A DNA stretch of 64,000 nucleotides from an uncultured delta proteobacterium. GTDB taxonomy: Bacteria > Myxococcota > Myxococcia > Myxococcales > Anaeromyxobacteraceae. How positions within the stretch are numbered: the stretch's first letter is position 1; each line of letters starts with the position of its first letter. Shown in pieces: positions 10,629-21,299 of the stretch. The notes beneath the pieces were generated by a model. It ran no database searches. It saw only the letters and a list, made by a program, of their open reading frames with translations, and had not been told where the DNA came from. A program made the translations under genes and the position numbers. Location of the stretch: the NCBI GenBank assembly GCA_963766715.1, contig CAVYBH010000008.1:736001-800000 (forward strand), read 5' to 3'.

Positions 10629-11079
10629 GTGCGCAAGGCGGCCTCCATCCGGCTGGGACTGCTCCTCGCCGTCTCCGCGCTGCTCACCTCCTGCACCCGC
10701 GAGAAGGCCGACGAGCGGCGCTGCGTCGACGGCGACGGCCAGTTCGTCGACGAGGGGCACTGCACCGGCGCTGGCGGGCTCCCCGACGGGCGGCTCGGAC
10801 GGTGGCGTCGCCAGCGGGGCGACGGGCGGCTGGGATCAGGCGGACGGCGGCACCCAGCAGAGCCGTGGGGGCTACCACTTCATCTGGATTCCCTACGGGG
10901 CCTTCGGCGGCATCGGCACCTACGCGCCGGGCTACGTCCGCTCGGGCGCCGGCGGAGCCACCCACCCGGGCGCCGCCACCTCCGGCTCGGTGACCCGCGG
11001 GGGATTCGGCTCGACGGGCGCGGCGCACGCCGGCTCGACCGGGTCCGCCCACGCCGGCTCCACCTCGGCGGGGAGCTAG
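10629..11079 (+). CDS. YgiB/DUF1190-like Gly/Ser-rich lipoprotein; indel near 10770
   Basis: Lipobox LLTS-C, RRCVD..C, low-complexity tail containing VTRGGFGST, directly upstream of a GspS-like gene. Confidence 0.65.
11008..11064 (+). repeat. 24-nt imperfect tandem repeat (about 2.4 copies) encoding GSTG(A/S)AHA
   Basis: ggctcgacgggcgcggcgcacgcc / ggctcgaccgggtccgcccacgcc / ggctccacc. Confidence 0.75.
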
Positions 11080-11084
11080 GCCTC

Positions 11085-12290
11085 GTGGAGCGCCGCGAGC
11101 GAGCGCCCCGCCCGGACTGGCAGCGCCGGGTCGAGGAGGTCGGCTTCCCCATCCACACGGCCGAAGGGCCCTACTGGGACGAGTCGGCCTTCTGGGTCTT
11201 CTCCCCCGCCGAGGTCGAGCGCCTCGAGCGCGCCACCGCCGAGCTGCACGAGATGGCGCTCGCCGCCGTCGGCCACGTCCTCGAGACCGGGCGGTACTGG
11301 GAGCGGCTCGCCATCCCGCGCGAGATGGTGCCGCTCATCGCGCGGTCGTGGGAGGGGCAGGACGGAGACGGGGACCCCTCCATCTACGGCCGGATGGACC
11401 TGGCCTGGGACGGGGCCTCGGCGCCCCGCCTGCTCGAGTACAACGCCGACACCCCCACCGGGCTGGTCGAGGCGTCGGTCGTCCAGTGGCAGTGGCTGCA
11501 GGACGTCGACCCGGGCGCCGACCAGTGGAACTCGCTCCACGAGCGGCTGGTGGCCGGGTGGAAGGAGCTCGCGCCCTGGCTGCCGGTGGGGCCGCTCCAC
11601 TTCGCGAGCCTCGGCGTGGCGGAGGACGTCCTCACCGCGACCTACCTCCAGGACACCGCCGCGCAGGGCGGGCTTCGCACCTCCTTCGTGGAGATGGCGG
11701 CCATCGGCTGGGACGAGCGCAAGGGCGCCTTCGTCGACGCCGAGGGCGAGGAGATGCGGGCCTGCTTCAAGCTCTACCCCTGGGAGTGGATGGCGCGCGA
11801 GCAGTTCGGCGCCATGCTGCCGCGGGCCCACACGCGGTGGATCGAGCCCACCTGGAAGATGGTGGCGTCGAACAAGGGCATCCTGGCGGTGCTCTGGGAG
11901 CTCTACCCCGACCACCCGAACCTCCTCCCCGCCTTCCTCGAGCCCGGCGACCTGCGGAGCTACGCCCGCAAGCCCCTCCTCTCCCGCGAGGGAGCGAACG
12001 TCGTGCTGGTGAAGGACGGCGAGGTGCTCGCCGAGGGCGCCGACGAGGGCTACGGGAAGGAGGGGCACGTCTGGCAGGCGCTCTGGGAGCCGGAGGCGCC
12101 CATGGCCGGCAAGCACCTGTCCATCGGCAGCTGGCTCGTCCGCGGCGTCCCCGCGGGAGCCGGGATCCGGGAGTCGGACGGCCCCATCACCGGCAACCTC
12201 TCCCGCTTCGTCCCCCACCTCATCGCCGAGGGCGACGCGGGCGATCCGCGGCGCCGGGCCCGCTTCCGGGCCATCGCGGAGGGGCGCTAG
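11085..12290 (+). CDS. Glutathionylspermidine synthase family ATP-grasp protein (YgiC/YjfC-like)
   Basis: PYWDESA, IYGRMDLAWDG, LLEYNADTPT, FKLYPWEW, EPTWK..SNKG, KPLLSREGANV, SRFVPH. Confidence 0.92.
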   Translation: MERRERAPRPDWQRRVEEVGFPIHTAEGPYWDESAFWVFSPAEVERLERATAELHEMALAAVGHVLETGRYWERLAIPREMVPLIARSWEGQDGDGDPSIYGRMDLAWDGASAPRLLEYNADTPTGLVEASVVQWQWLQDVDPGADQWNSLHERLVAGWKELAPWLPVGPLHFASLGVAEDVLTATYLQDTAAQGGLRTSFVEMAAIGWDERKGAFVDAEGEEMRACFKLYPWEWMAREQFGAMLPRAHTRWIEPTWKMVASNKGILAVLWELYPDHPNLLPAFLEPGDLRSYARKPLLSREGANVVLVKDGEVLAEGADEGYGKEGHVWQALWEPEAPMAGKHLSIGSWLVRGVPAGAGIRESDGPITGNLSRFVPHLIAEGDAGDPRRRARFRAIAEGR

Positions 12291-12316
12291 CGCCCGGCCG
12301 GCGGTAGAGTCCCGGC

Positions 12317-14407
12317 ATGGCCGTCAAACCCGGTAGGAGCTGGCCGCTCGGCGCCACGCTGGTCGAGGGCGGCGTGAACTTCAGCATCTGGACGCGCCAC
12401 GCCACCGCGGTCGAGCTGTGCCTCTTCGACGCCGCCGAGGACGCCCGGCCCAGCCGGGTCATCCGGCTCGATCCGGCCGCGCACCGGACCTACCACTACT
12501 GGCACGTGCAGGTGCCGCGGATCGGCCCGGGGCAGCTCTACGGATGGCGCGTTCACGGTCCGTATGACCCGTCCCGCGGCTACCGCTTCGACGGCCAGAA
12601 GCTGCTCGTCGACCCCTACGGTCGCGCCACGGCCGTCCCCTCCACCTACGATCGGATGGCCGGCGCCCACCGGGGCGACAACGCCGGCCGGGCCATGAAG
12701 AGCGTGGTGGCCGATCTCTCGCTGTACGACTGGGAGGGGGACCGGCCGCTGCGGCGGAACACCCCCCACGCCGTCATCTACGAGATGCACGTGAAGGGCT
12801 TCACCTTCCACGAGAGCTCGGGCGTGGCGCCCGGCCGCCGGGGGACCTTCGCCGGCGTGGTGGACAAGATCCCGCACCTGCGCGACCTGGGCGTCACGGC
12901 GGTGGAGCTGATGCCGGTCTTCCAGTTCGACCCGCAGGACGCCCCGAACGGCCAGATCAACTACTGGGGCTACTCGCCGGTCTCCTTCTTCGCCCCGCAC
13001 CAGGCCTACGCCGGCTCGGGCACGCCGCTGGGCGCGCTCGACGACTTCCGGGACATGGTGAAGGCGCTGCACCGGGCCGGCATCGAGGTGATCCTCGACG
13101 TGGTCTACAACCACTCCAGCGAGGGGGACGAGAAGGGGCCGACGCAGTCGTTCCGCGGCCTCGACAACCGGGCCTACTACATCCTCGACGGCTACCGGCG
13201 CTACGCCAACTTCACTGGCTGTGGAAACACCATGAAGGCCAACCACCCGGTGGTCCGCCGGCTGATGCTCGACTCGCTGCGCTACTGGGTCTCCGAGATG
13301 CACGTCGACGGGTTCCGCTTCGACCTCGCCTCGGTGCTCTCCCGCGACACCGAGGGGCACCCGGTGAAGAACCCCCCGGTGATCTGGGACATCGAGAGCG
13401 ACCCGGTGCTGGCCGGCTCGAAGCTCATCGCCGAGGCCTGGGACGCCGCCGGCCTCTACCAGGTGGGGAACTTCGTCGGCGACTCCTGGAAGGAGTGGAA
13501 CGGCCGGTTCCGCGACGACGTCCGGTCGTTCCTGCGCGGGGATCCGGGGCGGGTCTCGCAGCTCGCCAACCGGCTGCTCGCCAGCCCGGACCTCTACGAG
13601 CAGAAGCAGCGGGAGCCGGAGCAGAGCGTCAACTTCGTCACCTGCCACGACGGGTTCACGCTGAACGACCTCGTCACCTACGGGACGAAGCACAACGAGG
13701 CCAACGGGGAGGGCAACCGCGACGGCTCCGACCACGAGCTCTCCTGGAACTGCGGCGTGGAGGGGCCGACCCGCGATCCGGAGGTCGAGCGCCTCCGCAA
13801 CCGGCAGGTGAAGAACTTCCTGGCCGTGAACCTGCTCTCCGCCGGCGTCCCCATGATCCTGATGGGCGACGAGATGCGCCGCACCCAGCGGGGGAACAAC
13901 AACGCCTGGTGCCAGGACAACGACCTCTCCTGGGTGGACTGGCGCCTGCTCGAGCGCCACGTCGACGTGCACCGCTTCCTGCGGCGGCTCATCCGGCTGC
14001 GCTCGTCCGTCCAGCCCGACTCCCGGCGGGCGGGGACGCTGACCCAGTTCCTCCGCCACGCGCGCATCGAGTGGCACGGCGTCCGCATCGGCCAGCCCGA
14101 CTGGAGCGACCGGAGCCACAGCGTCGCCGCCACCTTCCAGGAGCCGGACGGGCCCACCCTGGCCCACGTCATCGTGAACGCCTGGAAGGAGTCGCTCCTC
14201 TTCGAGCTCCCCCGGGTGGAGAGCGGCTGGCGCCTGATGGTCGACACCTTCCTGCCGGCGCCCGACGACATCCGCACCTGGGAGGAGGCCCCCGTCATCG
14301 AGTCCGGGGAGTACCTGGCGAACCCCTACTCGTTCGTCTTCCTGGCGGCGTTCGCCCCGGAGCGGGCGCCGGTCCCGGGGAGCCGCCCGGCGCCGCCCGC
14401 GCCCTGA
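12317..14407 (+). CDS. glgX: Glycogen debranching enzyme (isoamylase, GH13)
   Basis: PLGAT, IYEMHVKGFT, NYWGY, DVVYNH, VDGFRFDLAS, IAEAWD, NFVTCHDGFTL, GNNNAWCQDN. Confidence 0.96.
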   Translation: MAVKPGRSWPLGATLVEGGVNFSIWTRHATAVELCLFDAAEDARPSRVIRLDPAAHRTYHYWHVQVPRIGPGQLYGWRVHGPYDPSRGYRFDGQKLLVDPYGRATAVPSTYDRMAGAHRGDNAGRAMKSVVADLSLYDWEGDRPLRRNTPHAVIYEMHVKGFTFHESSGVAPGRRGTFAGVVDKIPHLRDLGVTAVELMPVFQFDPQDAPNGQINYWGYSPVSFFAPHQAYAGSGTPLGALDDFRDMVKALHRAGIEVILDVVYNHSSEGDEKGPTQSFRGLDNRAYYILDGYRRYANFTGCGNTMKANHPVVRRLMLDSLRYWVSEMHVDGFRFDLASVLSRDTEGHPVKNPPVIWDIESDPVLAGSKLIAEAWDAAGLYQVGNFVGDSWKEWNGRFRDDVRSFLRGDPGRVSQLANRLLASPDLYEQKQREPEQSVNFVTCHDGFTLNDLVTYGTKHNEANGEGNRDGSDHELSWNCGVEGPTRDPEVERLRNRQVKNFLAVNLLSAGVPMILMGDEMRRTQRGNNNAWCQDNDLSWVDWRLLERHVDVHRFLRRLIRLRSSVQPDSRRAGTLTQFLRHARIEWHGVRIGQPDWSDRSHSVAATFQEPDGPTLAHVIVNAWKESLLFELPRVESGWRLMVDTFLPAPDDIRTWEEAPVIESGEYLANPYSFVFLAAFAPERAPVPGSRPAPPAP

Positions 14408-14417
14408 CCGGCCCGGC

Positions 14418-15380
14418 TCAGGCGCTCGCCTGGGCGTCCAGCCACACCTCGAGCCCCTGCGAGTTGAGGTCGAGGTCGACCGCGTAGGCGGCCAGCGCGT
14501 CCTCCCGCGTTCCCTTCCAGCCGTGGCGGGCGAGCCCCTCGAGGAGCTGGGCCGCCAGCCCGGCGCGGACGGCCTCGTGGCGGCCGGGGCCCGGAGGTGC
14601 GGCCCTCGCGGCCCGGACGTGCCCGTCCACCGCATCGAGGAGCATCGCCGCCCGCCTCGGGATCTCCCCCTCCAGCATGCCGTAGTGGGTGAGGTACATG
14701 CGCTCCGGCCGCTCGGCCAGCATCCGCCCGATGGAGGCCCGCAGCGCCGGCGGATCGAACTGGACCGGCGTGGTGGTGGGGAAGAGGAACGGCCCCGACG
14801 CCGTGTCGTACTCCCGGTACGAGATGCCGAAGGTGTCGCCGGTGAAGAAGCCCCGGGTGGCCGGATCGTGCACCACGAAGTGGTGCTTGGCGTGCCCCGG
14901 GGTGTCGAGGATGCGGAGCGTCCGGTTCCCCAGCTCGACCGTCGTGCCCTCCGGCGCCTCGACGACGCGCGCCGCCGGGGCGGCCACCACCTCGCCGTAG
15001 AGCGCGCGGATGGCGTCCATCCCGCCGTAGACCTCCGCGGCGCCGGCCAGCAGCTTCGAGGGGTCGATCATGTGGCGGGCGCCGCGCGGGTGCACCACCA
15101 GCCGCGCGTGGGGAAGCTCGGCGAGCAGCGCACCGGCGCCCGCGGCGTGATCGAGGTGGACGTGGGTCACGATCACGTGGCTCACGTCCCGGCGCCCGAC
15201 GCCGTGGGCGGCCAGCCCGGCCAGGATGGCCGGCACGCTGCGGGCCGTCCCGGTCTCGATCACCGCGGCGCTCCCCTCCCCCTTCACGAGGTAGGAGGCC
15301 GCCAGGCCCGGACGGACGTAGCCGGTGTCGACGAGGACGACGCCCGGGGCGATCTCCCTGGGGGCGCCGGCCGCGCTCAC
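14418..15380 (-). CDS. MBL-fold metallo-hydrolase
   Basis: THVHLDHAAG (HxHxDH), HPRGARH, TPGHAKHH, FTGDTFG, LTHYG; GTG start overlaps stop of the upstream peptidase. Confidence 0.9.
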   Translation of the reverse strand: MSAAGAPREIAPGVVLVDTGYVRPGLAASYLVKGEGSAAVIETGTARSVPAILAGLAAHGVGRRDVSHVIVTHVHLDHAAGAGALLAELPHARLVVHPRGARHMIDPSKLLAGAAEVYGGMDAIRALYGEVVAAPAARVVEAPEGTTVELGNRTLRILDTPGHAKHHFVVHDPATRGFFTGDTFGISYREYDTASGPFLFPTTTPVQFDPPALRASIGRMLAERPERMYLTHYGMLEGEIPRRAAMLLDAVDGHVRAARAAPPGPGRHEAVRAGLAAQLLEGLARHGWKGTREDALAAYAVDLDLNSQGLEVWLDAQASA

Positions 15381-17511
15381 TTGCGGCTCCCGAATCCCGC
15401 CGGGAGCACCATCCCCAGGTTCTTGAGCGTGAAGGCGAACTCGTCGCTCACCTCGTCGATGGCCTTCTGGGTGGGCTTGCCGGCCGAGTGGCCGGCGCGG
15501 GTCTCGATGCGGGCCAGCACCGGCTTCGGCCCGGCCTGGTCGGCCTGGAGCTGCGCGATGAACTTGAACGAGTGGGCCGGGACCACCCGGTCGTCGTGGT
15601 CGGCGGTGGTGACGAGCGTGGCCGGGTAGGCCGTGCCGGGCCGCAGCGCGTGGAGCGGGCTGTACTTGTAGAGGACGTCGAAGCCCTCCTTCGTCTCGGA
15701 CGAGCCGTAGTCGCTCTTCCACGCCCAGCCGATGGTGAACTTGTGGAAGCGCAGCATGTCGAGCACGCCCACCTGCGGGATGGCCACCGCGGCGAGCGCC
15801 GGGCGCTGGGTCATGACCGCGCCCACCAGCAGGCCGCCGTTCGAGCCGCCGGCGATGGCCAGCCTCTCCGGGGAGGTCCACCCGTTCTTCTGCAGCCACT
15901 CCGCCGCGGCGATGAAGTCGTCGAAGACGTTCTGCTTGTTCTTCAGGCGCCCGGCGTCGTACCAGGCCTTGCCGTACTCGCTGCCGCCGCGCAGGTTGGC
16001 CACCGCGTAGACGCCTCCCATCTCCAGCCACACCGAGCGGGAGATGCTGAACCCGGGAAGCAGGGGGACGTTGAAGCCCCCGTATCCGTAGAGGAGCGTC
16101 GGGTTCTTCCCGTCGAGGACCACGCCCTTCCGGTGGAGCAGGAACATGGGCACGCGGGTCCCGTCCTTCGACGGGTAGAAGACCTGCGTCACCTCGTAGG
16201 CCGAGCCGTCGAAGTCCACCTTGGGCTTGCGGAAGACCGTCGACACGAGCGACGGCAGCTCCAGCCGGTAGATGGTGGCCGGGGCCAGGAAGCCGGTGAA
16301 GGTGAAGAAGGTCTCCTTGTCGGTGCGGGTGCCGCCGAAGCCGGACGCGGTGCCGATGCCGGGCAGCGGCAGGTCGGCGATCTTCTTGCCGGCCAGGTCG
16401 TGGACCTCGACCGCGCTCTTCACGTCGCGCATCCAGACCGCGAAGAGCCGGCTGCCCACCGACGAGACCGACCGGAGCACGTCCTGGCCCTTCCCCTCGG
16501 GGATGATCTCCTTCCAGTCCTTCTCCTCGGGCTTCGCGAGCGACACGGCGATCACGCGCTTTCGCGGCGCGCCCTTGTCGGTGAGGAACAGGAAGGAGTC
16601 GCCCGTGACGTCGACGAAGTCGTAGGCGGCGTCCATCTTCGCGAGGAGCGGCTCGGGCCTCGAGCCCGGCCTTCGAGAGGTCCTGCACGAAGACCGCGCG
16701 CTCCGGGTTCGTGCCCTTGCGCGCCTCGATGACGAGCCAGCGCCCGTCGTCGCTCACGTCGGCGCCGAAGCCCCACTCCGGCTGGTCGGGCCGCTCGTAG
16801 ACGAGCAGGTCCTTCTCCTGGGCGGTCCCCAGCGCGTGGTACCAGACCTGCTGGTTCACGTTCAGTGCCGTGAGCTTCTCGCCTTCCTTGGGGGCCGGGT
16901 AGCGCTCGTAGTAGAAGCCCTTGCCGTCCTTGGAGAAGGAGGCCCCGCTGAACTTGGACCAGCGCAGCTCGTCGGGGAGGTCCTTGCCGGTCTCGACGTC
17001 GCGGACCTTCCAGATCTGCCAGTCGGAGCCCGCGTCGGCGATGGCGTAGGCCAGCCACCGGCCGTCGTCGGAGAAGCCCGTGCCGCCGACGGCCACCGTG
17101 CCGTCCTTGGAGAGCGTGTTCGGGTCGAGCAGCACGCGCCCCTCCTTGGCCGGATCGTCGGTGACGTACAGGACCGACTGGGGCTGGAGGCCGGAGTTGC
17201 GCCAGTAGAAGTACCGGGCGCCGTGGACGCTGGCCTGCGCGAACTTCTCGAAGTTCCAGACCTGGGTCAGCCGGTCGCGGATGGCGGCGCGCTCGGGGAT
17301 CCTGGCGAGATAGGCGTTCGTGACCGCGTTCTCGGCCTGGACCCAGAGCTTGGTGTCCTCGGCGTTGTCGTCCTCGAGCCACCGGTAGGGGTCCTTCACC
17401 TTCGTGCCGAAGTAGTCGTCGACCACGTCGATCCGCTTGGTGGACGGGTAGGTCAGGCTGCCCGGGGCCGGGGCGGCCGCGAGGGTCGAGGGCGAGGAGT
17501 TCTGCGAGCAC
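15377..17511 (-). CDS. Prolyl oligopeptidase (S9A); indels near 17490 and 16660
   Basis: VVDDYFGTKVKDPYRWLED, GYGGFN, RGGSEYG, catalytic GGSNGG, ADHDDRVVPAHS, AGHSAGKP. Confidence 0.94.
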
Positions 17512-17609
17512 GTGTTCCTCCAGGTGAGCGGGGCGAGGCGGGCGAAATCCTAGTCCAAAGCCGGTCGTCGTGCTTGACGAGGCGGGGGGCCGGACGCACG
17601 TTCGATCCC

Positions 17610-17876
17610 GTGCTCCGGGACGACTACCTGATGCGGATGGTCCGGCAACTGGCCGAGGCCCTGGCCCGCATCGCCGGGCTCCGGAACGCCGGGCTCCTCG
17701 ACCAGGCCGAGCGGGAGCTGGACGGGGCGCTGGCCTCCCTGGGCGGGATCGATCCGCGCCTCGCCGCCCAGGCCGACGCGGCCACGCTGCTCTCGCTGGT
17801 CCAGGACCCGGCCCGCCGGGACGCGCTGGCCCGCCTCCTGGCGGAGCGGGACGCGATCCGGGCCGCCCGCGGCTGA
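17610..17876 (+). CDS. Small helical hypothetical protein
   Basis: GTG-LRDDYLMRMVRQLAEALARIAG with host-like codon usage, filling the gap between the flanking genes. Confidence 0.6.
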   Translation: MLRDDYLMRMVRQLAEALARIAGLRNAGLLDQAERELDGALASLGGIDPRLAAQADAATLLSLVQDPARRDALARLLAERDAIRAARG

Positions 17877-17877
17877 T

Positions 17878-18714
17878 TCACCCCGCGCGCAGGGCGCGGT
17901 CGATGCCCTCCAGCGCCTCGAGCGCACCCTGCGGGAGCCCCAGGTGCGGCGGCCGGATGTCCGCCTCGCGCGGGTTCACCCGGACCACGAGCGAGTCGGG
18001 CGCCCTCCCCAGCCGCTCCGAGATCCAGCGGATGGTGGCCACCGCGGTCCCGGCGCCGATCTCCAGGACCACCACCCGCTCCGCGCCGTGCTCGTCGAGG
18101 AAGGCCTGGAACCGCCTTCCCTGCAGGGCGGATCGGTCCGGCACCCAGGCCCCGTCGCCGAACATGAGGATGTTCGGACGGGCCACCCGGCGGCAGTGCC
18201 GGCAGGCGGGGATCCGGCCGGCCCGCATGGTGTCCGGGTCCACCGGCACGTCCTCCCGGCACTCCCACACGTCGTCGCAGCAGGGCGCCGTGCACTGGAG
18301 GTGATGGATGGAGCCGTGCACCTCGTGGACCCGGTCCGCCGGCCAGCCCGCCTTCTGGAACTGCCCGTCCACGTTGGAGGTGACGGCGAACCCGGGCAGG
18401 GAGAGCCTCGCCAGCCAGTCCCGGAGGATGCGGTACCCGTCGTGCGGGACGGTCTCCCGGTAGAGGTGCAGCCGGTGGCCGTAGAACCCCCACCCGAAGG
18501 CCGGGTCCTCGTCGAAGCGGTCGGGGTTGGCGGCGTCCACGAAGGAGAGGCCGATCCGCTCGTAGGCCGGGTAGGCCTTCCAGAACCCCTGGTCGCCGCG
18601 GAAGTCGGGGAGGCCGGAGTCGATGCCCATCCCGGCCCCGGTGGCGACGACGAGCGCGCTCGCCTCCCGGAGGGCGCGCGCGACCGCGGCGTGGATGGGC
18701 TGGTGGGCGTCCAT
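17878..18714 (-). CDS. Sir2-family NAD-dependent protein deacylase
   Basis: TGAGMGIDSGLPDFRG, TSNVDGQFQKAG, HGSIHHLQC, CRHC zinc motif, RPNILMFGD, GAGTAV. Confidence 0.92.
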   Translation of the reverse strand: MDAHQPIHAAVARALREASALVVATGAGMGIDSGLPDFRGDQGFWKAYPAYERIGLSFVDAANPDRFDEDPAFGWGFYGHRLHLYRETVPHDGYRILRDWLARLSLPGFAVTSNVDGQFQKAGWPADRVHEVHGSIHHLQCTAPCCDDVWECREDVPVDPDTMRAGRIPACRHCRRVARPNILMFGDGAWVPDRSALQGRRFQAFLDEHGAERVVVLEIGAGTAVATIRWISERLGRAPDSLVVRVNPREADIRPPHLGLPQGALEALEGIDRALRAG

Positions 18715-18838
18715 CGTCCGGGCAAGCAGAGCATTCCGGGGGGCGCCTGTCGACGGGGGGCGACGCCGGGGCAACTTCGCTGGCAAACAGGGCGTCCCCA
18801 TGCAATATCCGGCGCCTAACCCAGGCTCGGAGAAGACC

Positions 18839-19324
18839 TTGAAGATCGCGAACGGTTCGGTGGTGGCCCTCGACTACAAGCTGCACCTCGGCGACGGCGA
18901 AGTCATCGACGAGTCGGATGCCGGCAGCCCCCTCTACTTCATCCAGGGCGAGGGCAACATCGTGCCCGGCCTCGAGCGCGAGCTCGAGGGGCTCGAGGTG
19001 GGCGCCACCAAGCAGGTGGTGGTCCAGCCGGAGGACGGCTACGGCGCGCACGATCCGCAGGGCGTCCAGGAGGTCCCCAAGGAGGCCTTCGGCGGCGAGC
19101 TGCCCGAGGTGGGCCACCAGTACACCGCCCGTGGACCGAACGGCGAGACCGTTCCCTTCGTGGTGAAGGAGATCCGCCCGGAGGTGGTGGTGGTCGACCT
19201 GAACCACCCGCTGGCCGGCCGCACCCTCCACTTCGCGGTGACCATCCAGGAGATCCGCGACGCCACCGCCGAGGAGAAGGAGCACGGCCACGTGCACGCG
19301 CCGGGTGGCCATCACCACCACTGA
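18839..19324 (+). CDS. slyD: FKBP-type peptidyl-prolyl isomerase SlyD
   Basis: (TTG)KIANGSVVALDYKL, NIVPGLERELEG, PEDGYG, VDLNHPLAGRTLHF, His-rich tail HGHVHAPGGHHHH. Confidence 0.94.
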   Translation: MKIANGSVVALDYKLHLGDGEVIDESDAGSPLYFIQGEGNIVPGLERELEGLEVGATKQVVVQPEDGYGAHDPQGVQEVPKEAFGGELPEVGHQYTARGPNGETVPFVVKEIRPEVVVVDLNHPLAGRTLHFAVTIQEIRDATAEEKEHGHVHAPGGHHHH

Positions 19325-19397
19325 CGGGCTGGATCGGGGCCCGCGCCCCGATCGAGCCGGCGCCGTCGCGCGGCGGCGGGATAGAAGGAAGGTACCG

Positions 19398-19940
19398 ATG
19401 ACCCACGCTCGCCTGATCGCCGCGCTCCCCCTCCTGGCCGTCCTCTCCGCGCCGGTCCGCTCTGCCGCCGACGACGCCTCCGACGCCGTGAAGCGGGCCG
19501 AGGAGGCCGTCGCCCTCTTCAAGAAGACCGACCCGTCCATCGACAAGTTCCTCGAGACGTCGGCCGGGTGGGCCGTCTTCCCCTCGGTGGCCAAGGGCGC
19601 CTTCATCGTGGGCGGCGCGGGCGGGAAGGGCGTCCTCTTCGAGAAGGGCAAGGCGGTCGGCACCACCTCGCTCGTCCAGGTCACCATCGGGCTCGCGCTC
19701 GGCGGCCAGGAGTACGCCGAGATCATCTTCTTCGAGAACGCGCTCGCGCTCTCGAGCTTCCGCGGCGGGAACTTCGCGCTCGCCGCACAGGTGAGCGCGG
19801 TGGCCGCTGCCTCCGGCGCGGCCGCCACCGCCAAGTACCAGCAGGGCGTGGCGGTCTTCACCGTGGCCATCGGCGGCCTCATGTACGAGGCGAGCGTGGG
19901 CGGCCAGAAGTTCGAGTTCAAGCCCTTCGAGACGAAGTAG
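19398..19940 (+). CDS. Exported YSC84/SYLF-like lipid-binding protein
   Basis: Signal peptide; AVFPSVAKGAFIVGGAGGKG, GLALGGQ, GGLMYEASVGGQKF. Confidence 0.85.
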   Translation: MTHARLIAALPLLAVLSAPVRSAADDASDAVKRAEEAVALFKKTDPSIDKFLETSAGWAVFPSVAKGAFIVGGAGGKGVLFEKGKAVGTTSLVQVTIGLALGGQEYAEIIFFENALALSSFRGGNFALAAQVSAVAAASGAAATAKYQQGVAVFTVAIGGLMYEASVGGQKFEFKPFETK

Positions 19941-21299
19941 TGCGGCGACGGGCATTCGCCGTCGTCACCGCTGCCGCGGTCCTGGCGGCCGCGTCGCCGG
20001 CGCGATCCGAGGACCCTCTCCTCGAGGCCGCCGCCGAGGCGTCGGTGGCCTGCACCTGCGACCAGGAGTGTGCGGAGCGGATCCACTACGGGAGCGTCTG
20101 CAAGGAGGGCCACTGCCAGCCCGTACGAGGACTCCTTCAGCCTCCTCGACTGGGTCGGTCTCGGCCGCGAGGCCCACGGGGTGCCCCCGCCCTACGTGCT
20201 GCTCCCGGCCCTCCTTCCGGCGGTCGGCTACAACCCGGCCATGGGGGCGCTCTTCGGCGTGACCGGGACGCTGGCCATGTACCTGGGGCCCGCGACCGAC
20301 ACCACCATCTCGAGCCTTCAGGCGGTGGCGCTCTACTCGACGATGGCCCAGCTCACCGTCCAGCTCTCCACCACCGTCATGTCGCCCGGCAACCAGTGGG
20401 AGCTGCAGGGAGACTGGCGGTTCCTCCTCTTCAACCAGAAGACCTACGGGCTCGGCACCGGGCCCACCGCCATGTCGGCCCCCGCCTCCGTGGACGACTT
20501 CGACCTCGTGCGCATCCACGAGACCGTCTACCGCAACGTCTGGAACGCGCTCTACGCCGGCGTCGGCTACCGGCTGGACCGCTACTACGCGGTCCAGGAC
20601 AAGGGAATGGACCTGACGGGCCCGGCGCCGGTGGTGGGCCCGAACTACGCCTACAGCCTGGCCTACGGGTTCGACCCCAACCAGTACACGGTGTCCGGGG
20701 TCACGCTCTCCGCCCTCTACGACAGCCGCGACTCGACCCTCGATCCATACCGGGGGTACTACGGGCTGGTCAATTTCACCATGAGTCCGACATGGCTCGG
20801 ATCGTCCAAGACCAGCAGCAGCCTGGAGGCGCAGTTCCGCGCCTACGTGCCCATGAACGTGAGCGTGCCGCGCGACGTGCTCGCCCTCTGGGTCTACTAC
20901 CGGGGCGTCACCTCCGGCGACGTCCCCTACCTGGCGCTCCCCTCCATCGGGTGGGACCAGAAGAACCGGACCGGGCGCGGCTACGTCCAGGGGCGGTGGC
21001 GGGGCACGCAGGAGCTCTACGCCGAGGCGGAGTGGCGCTTCCGGATCACGAACGACGGGCTGCTCGGGGGCGTGCTCTTCGCGAACGCGGAGTCCTTCGC
21101 GTCACCGGCCTTCCAGGCCAGCGGCCCGGGCTGGAGCTACACGAGCCCCAAGAGCGGGCTCCTCCAGTACGTGCGCCCCGCCGCCGGGTTCGGCCTGCGC
21201 TTCATGCTGAACCGCGACTCGCGCACCAACGTCACGCTCGACTTCGCGTTCGGCGAGAGCTCCTTCGGCGTCTGGTTCAACGCCGGCGAGTACTTCTAG
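19940..21299 (+). CDS. Omp85 (BamA/TamA-family) beta-barrel with Cys-rich N-terminus; indel near 20120
   Basis: GTG overlaps upstream stop; signal peptide; YDSRDS..P.RG, GRGYVQGRWRG (VRGY-like loop), AEAEWRF, GFGLRF, C-terminal GEYF. Confidence 0.8.

Noticed and set aside
17878..18714. Sir2 protein as an anti-phage NADase (Thoeris/DSR-type)
   Set aside because: It has the zinc-binding module and size of a classical deacylase sirtuin, sits in housekeeping context and has no defence partner genes.
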